From assembly GCF_000008625.1 (NCBI RefSeq), contig NC_000918.1, forward strand, positions 570,001-602,000: 32,000 nt of DNA. The letters are read 5' to 3'. The notes under the pieces are model-generated. The model saw nothing but the letters and a program-made list of their open reading frames with translations. It was not told the origin of the DNA and did not search any database. The position numbers and the translations under genes were made by a program. Shown piece by piece: positions 30,627 through 32,000 of the stretch. Each line of letters opens with the position of its first letter. The stretch's first letter is position 1. The DNA is from Aquifex aeolicus VF5 (lineage in GTDB: Bacteria; Aquificota; Aquificia; Aquificales; Aquificaceae).

Positions 30627-30635
30627 ATTATACCA
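30627..30635 (-). promoter_or_regulatory. extended -10 promoter (TGGTATAAT) for rpsU
   Basis: The minus strand reads TTTGGTATAATTACGAATCCGATAAAGGAGGTGATGCAAGCTTG. The TGnTATAAT element lies ~30 nt upstream of the rpsU start. There is no good -35, as is common for extended -10 promoters. Confidence 0.5.
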
Positions 30636-30655
30636 AATTAAAATCTATTTTAGAG

Positions 30656-30946
30656 ATGTTCAAGTACATAATCTTAATAACATTTTTAATGGTTTTCAAC
30701 CTGGTCTATTCAATCTACTCCCTGAGGGTGTGGAAGGAGTACACTGAAAGTTTCTACTTCTACTCACACCTCGTAAAGGAAAACATGTTGCTTATGAAGG
30801 AAGTTCACGAGAGGATTAATTACAGAAAACTCCTGAAGTACGCAAGAAAGCACGGCTTTAAGGATGTAAGTCCGAAAGACGTCAAAGGAATTTTAGAGAT
30901 ATATCTAACCAGCGAGAAGAGTGAACAATCGCGCCAGAAGAAATGA
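30656..30946 (+). CDS. hypothetical small membrane-anchored protein (doubtful)
   Basis: From the ATG at 30656: MFKYIILITFLMVFNLVYSIYSL (a TM segment) followed by a charged tail. The 3' end overlaps the convergent nadC by 65 nt. I recognise no motif. Confidence 0.35.
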   Translation: MFKYIILITFLMVFNLVYSIYSLRVWKEYTESFYFYSHLVKENMLLMKEVHERINYRKLLKYARKHGFKDVSPKDVKGILEIYLTSEKSEQSRQKK

Positions 30947-31706
30947 AGTCCACACCTTCAACCGCGTAATCCAGAACGTTATCAAGGGTTATGTTTCCCG
31001 AGACCTCTACCAGCGCCCTTCCCTTTATAATTTCCACAGCTCTTTTTACTTCTTCCGGTGTGAAGTTGTCGAGCATAATCACGTCAACACCTGCACTCAG
31101 TGCTTCTTCTACCTCTTCCAAGTTTTCAACTTCCACCTCAATTTTGTAAACAGGGGAAATCCTTTCCCTTACCCTCTTTACAGCCTCCTTTATGCTTCCG
31201 GCCACCCTCTTGTGGTTGTCTTTGATGAGAACCATGTCGTAGAGTCCAAACCTGTGGTTCGTCCCGCCTCCTATCCGCACTGCGTACTTTTCAAAGTAAC
31301 GAAAACCCGGCGTTGTCTTCCGAGTGTCTAAAATTTTCACGTTAGTCCCTTTAAGTTTTTCTACAAACTTTCTCGCCGTTGTGGCGATTCCGGAAAGTCT
31401 CTGAAGGATATTCAGGGAAAGTCTCTCACCGATGAGGAGGCTCTTTGCATCTCCCTCAAGAATTGCAAGTATTTCTCCTTTTTCGAAAACCTCGCCTTCC
31501 CTTTTTTTGAACTCAACACTTACTCCGCCGAGAATTTCAAAAACCATCTCAACGAAGGGAGCACCTGCAAGTACGCCTTCTTCCTTTGTCTTTATTACCG
31601 CCTTTGCTTTTTCACCTCTGTAAATTCCTTCTGTAGTTATGTCGCCTGTTCCTATGTCTTCGAGTAAAAACTCTTTTAGTTTTTCCTTTACGAGGATTTC
31701 GTTCAT
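30882..31706 (-). CDS. nadC: nicotinate-nucleotide pyrophosphorylase (quinolinate phosphoribosyltransferase)
   Basis: 274 aa with DIGTGDITT, ERLSLNILQRLSGIAT, ILDTRKTTPG.R and the GGGTNHRFGLYDMVLIKDNH motifs of NadC. Confidence 0.9.
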   Translation of the reverse strand: MNEILVKEKLKEFLLEDIGTGDITTEGIYRGEKAKAVIKTKEEGVLAGAPFVEMVFEILGGVSVEFKKREGEVFEKGEILAILEGDAKSLLIGERLSLNILQRLSGIATTARKFVEKLKGTNVKILDTRKTTPGFRYFEKYAVRIGGGTNHRFGLYDMVLIKDNHKRVAGSIKEAVKRVRERISPVYKIEVEVENLEEVEEALSAGVDVIMLDNFTPEEVKRAVEIIKGRALVEVSGNITLDNVLDYAVEGVDFISSGAIVHSSRWLDISLKFL

Positions 31707-31713
31707 GGTTGGG

Positions 31714-31801
31714 TGGTGGGGGTGGAGGGAGTCGAACCCTCACGGGCTTTTCGCCCAGGGGATTTTAAGTCCCCCGCGTCTGCCAATTCCGCCACACCCC
31801 C
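31714..31801 (-). tRNA. tRNA-Leu (anticodon UAA), CCA encoded
   Basis: The reverse complement folds as GGGGGTG TG GCG GAATTGGCAGA CGC G GGGGA CT-TAA-AA TCCCC, a long variable arm TGGGCGAAAAGCCCGT, GAGGG TTCGACT CCCTC, then CACCCCC A CCA. This is a class II tRNA architecture. Confidence 0.95.
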
Positions 31802-31816
31802 TAACTAAAGAAATAT

Positions 31817-31845
31817 ATTATACTTATAGAAAGAACTTTTCTCAA
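31817..31845 (-). promoter_or_regulatory. sigma70-type promoter for tRNA-Leu (and probably nadC)
   Basis: The minus strand reads TTGAGA (31845-31840), a 17-nt spacer, then TATAAT (31822-31817). The -10 element ends 15 nt upstream of the tRNA 5' end. Confidence 0.6.
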
Positions 31846-31851
31846 GAAATC

Positions 31852-32000
31852 ATGAGAGAACCCATCGTAGCTATAGCCACTCCTTACGGTGAGAGTGCAA
31901 TAGGTATAGTTCGCCTATCGGGAAAGGGCGTACTGGACTTAGTTAAGAAGTTCTTCAAAACGAAGAGGGAAATAAAGCCGAGGTACGCCCACTTCGGCGT
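31852..32000 (+). CDS. mnmE: tRNA modification GTPase MnmE (TrmE), N-terminal fragment running off the right edge
   Basis: MREPIVAIATPYGESAIGIVRLSGKG matches the conserved MnmE N-terminus (DTI.AIATP.G.ggigi.RiSG). Confidence 0.85.
   Translation, partial: MREPIVAIATPYGESAIGIVRLSGKGVLDLVKKFFKTKREIKPRYAHFG

Overview
The window looks like a compact chromosome segment from a hyperthermophilic Aquificales bacterium. I infer an Aquifex aeolicus-like source from the very GC-rich rRNA next to AT-richer coding DNA, and from the protein set (bacterial Trm1, FlgG/FlgA, tight gene packing). No database was consulted. Positions 1-2954 hold the promoter-proximal part of an rRNA operon on the minus strand: a consensus promoter, 16S flanked by a 33-nt processing stem, tRNA-Ile(GAU), tRNA-Ala(UGC), and the 5' part of 23S running off the left edge. 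The rest is about 35 tightly packed, mostly housekeeping genes: queC, surE, flgA, flgG, a Nox/CoADR-like flavoprotein, ilvD, trm1, tsaE, rel/spoT, mreBC, rimO, corA, pdxA, queD, purN, a 1-Cys peroxiredoxin, rpsU, nadC, tRNA-Leu(UAA) and the start of mnmE. Many stop/start codons overlap. The standout locus is 24616-30338 on the minus strand. It encodes a NuoL/MrpA-like proton-conducting membrane protein (787 aa), a 1007-aa DUF2309-type protein that keeps a beta-carbonic-anhydrase-like CxD...H-x14-C metal site, and a translationally coupled PII-like protein. This is a DAB/MpsAB-type energy-coupled inorganic-carbon uptake module with a PII-like partner, and no Rubisco or carboxysome gene lies within this window. 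The membrane subunit carries an extra C-terminal domain of about 230 aa that appears homologous to a free-standing membrane protein elsewhere in the window (7262-7960). Next to the module is a badly eroded relic of an RND efflux pump. Other oddities are a second queC-like gene split by a frameshift and coupled to mreC, and a tRNA-Leu whose CCA end lies 7 nt from the nadC start codon. I saw no CRISPR arrays, IS elements or prophage genes.
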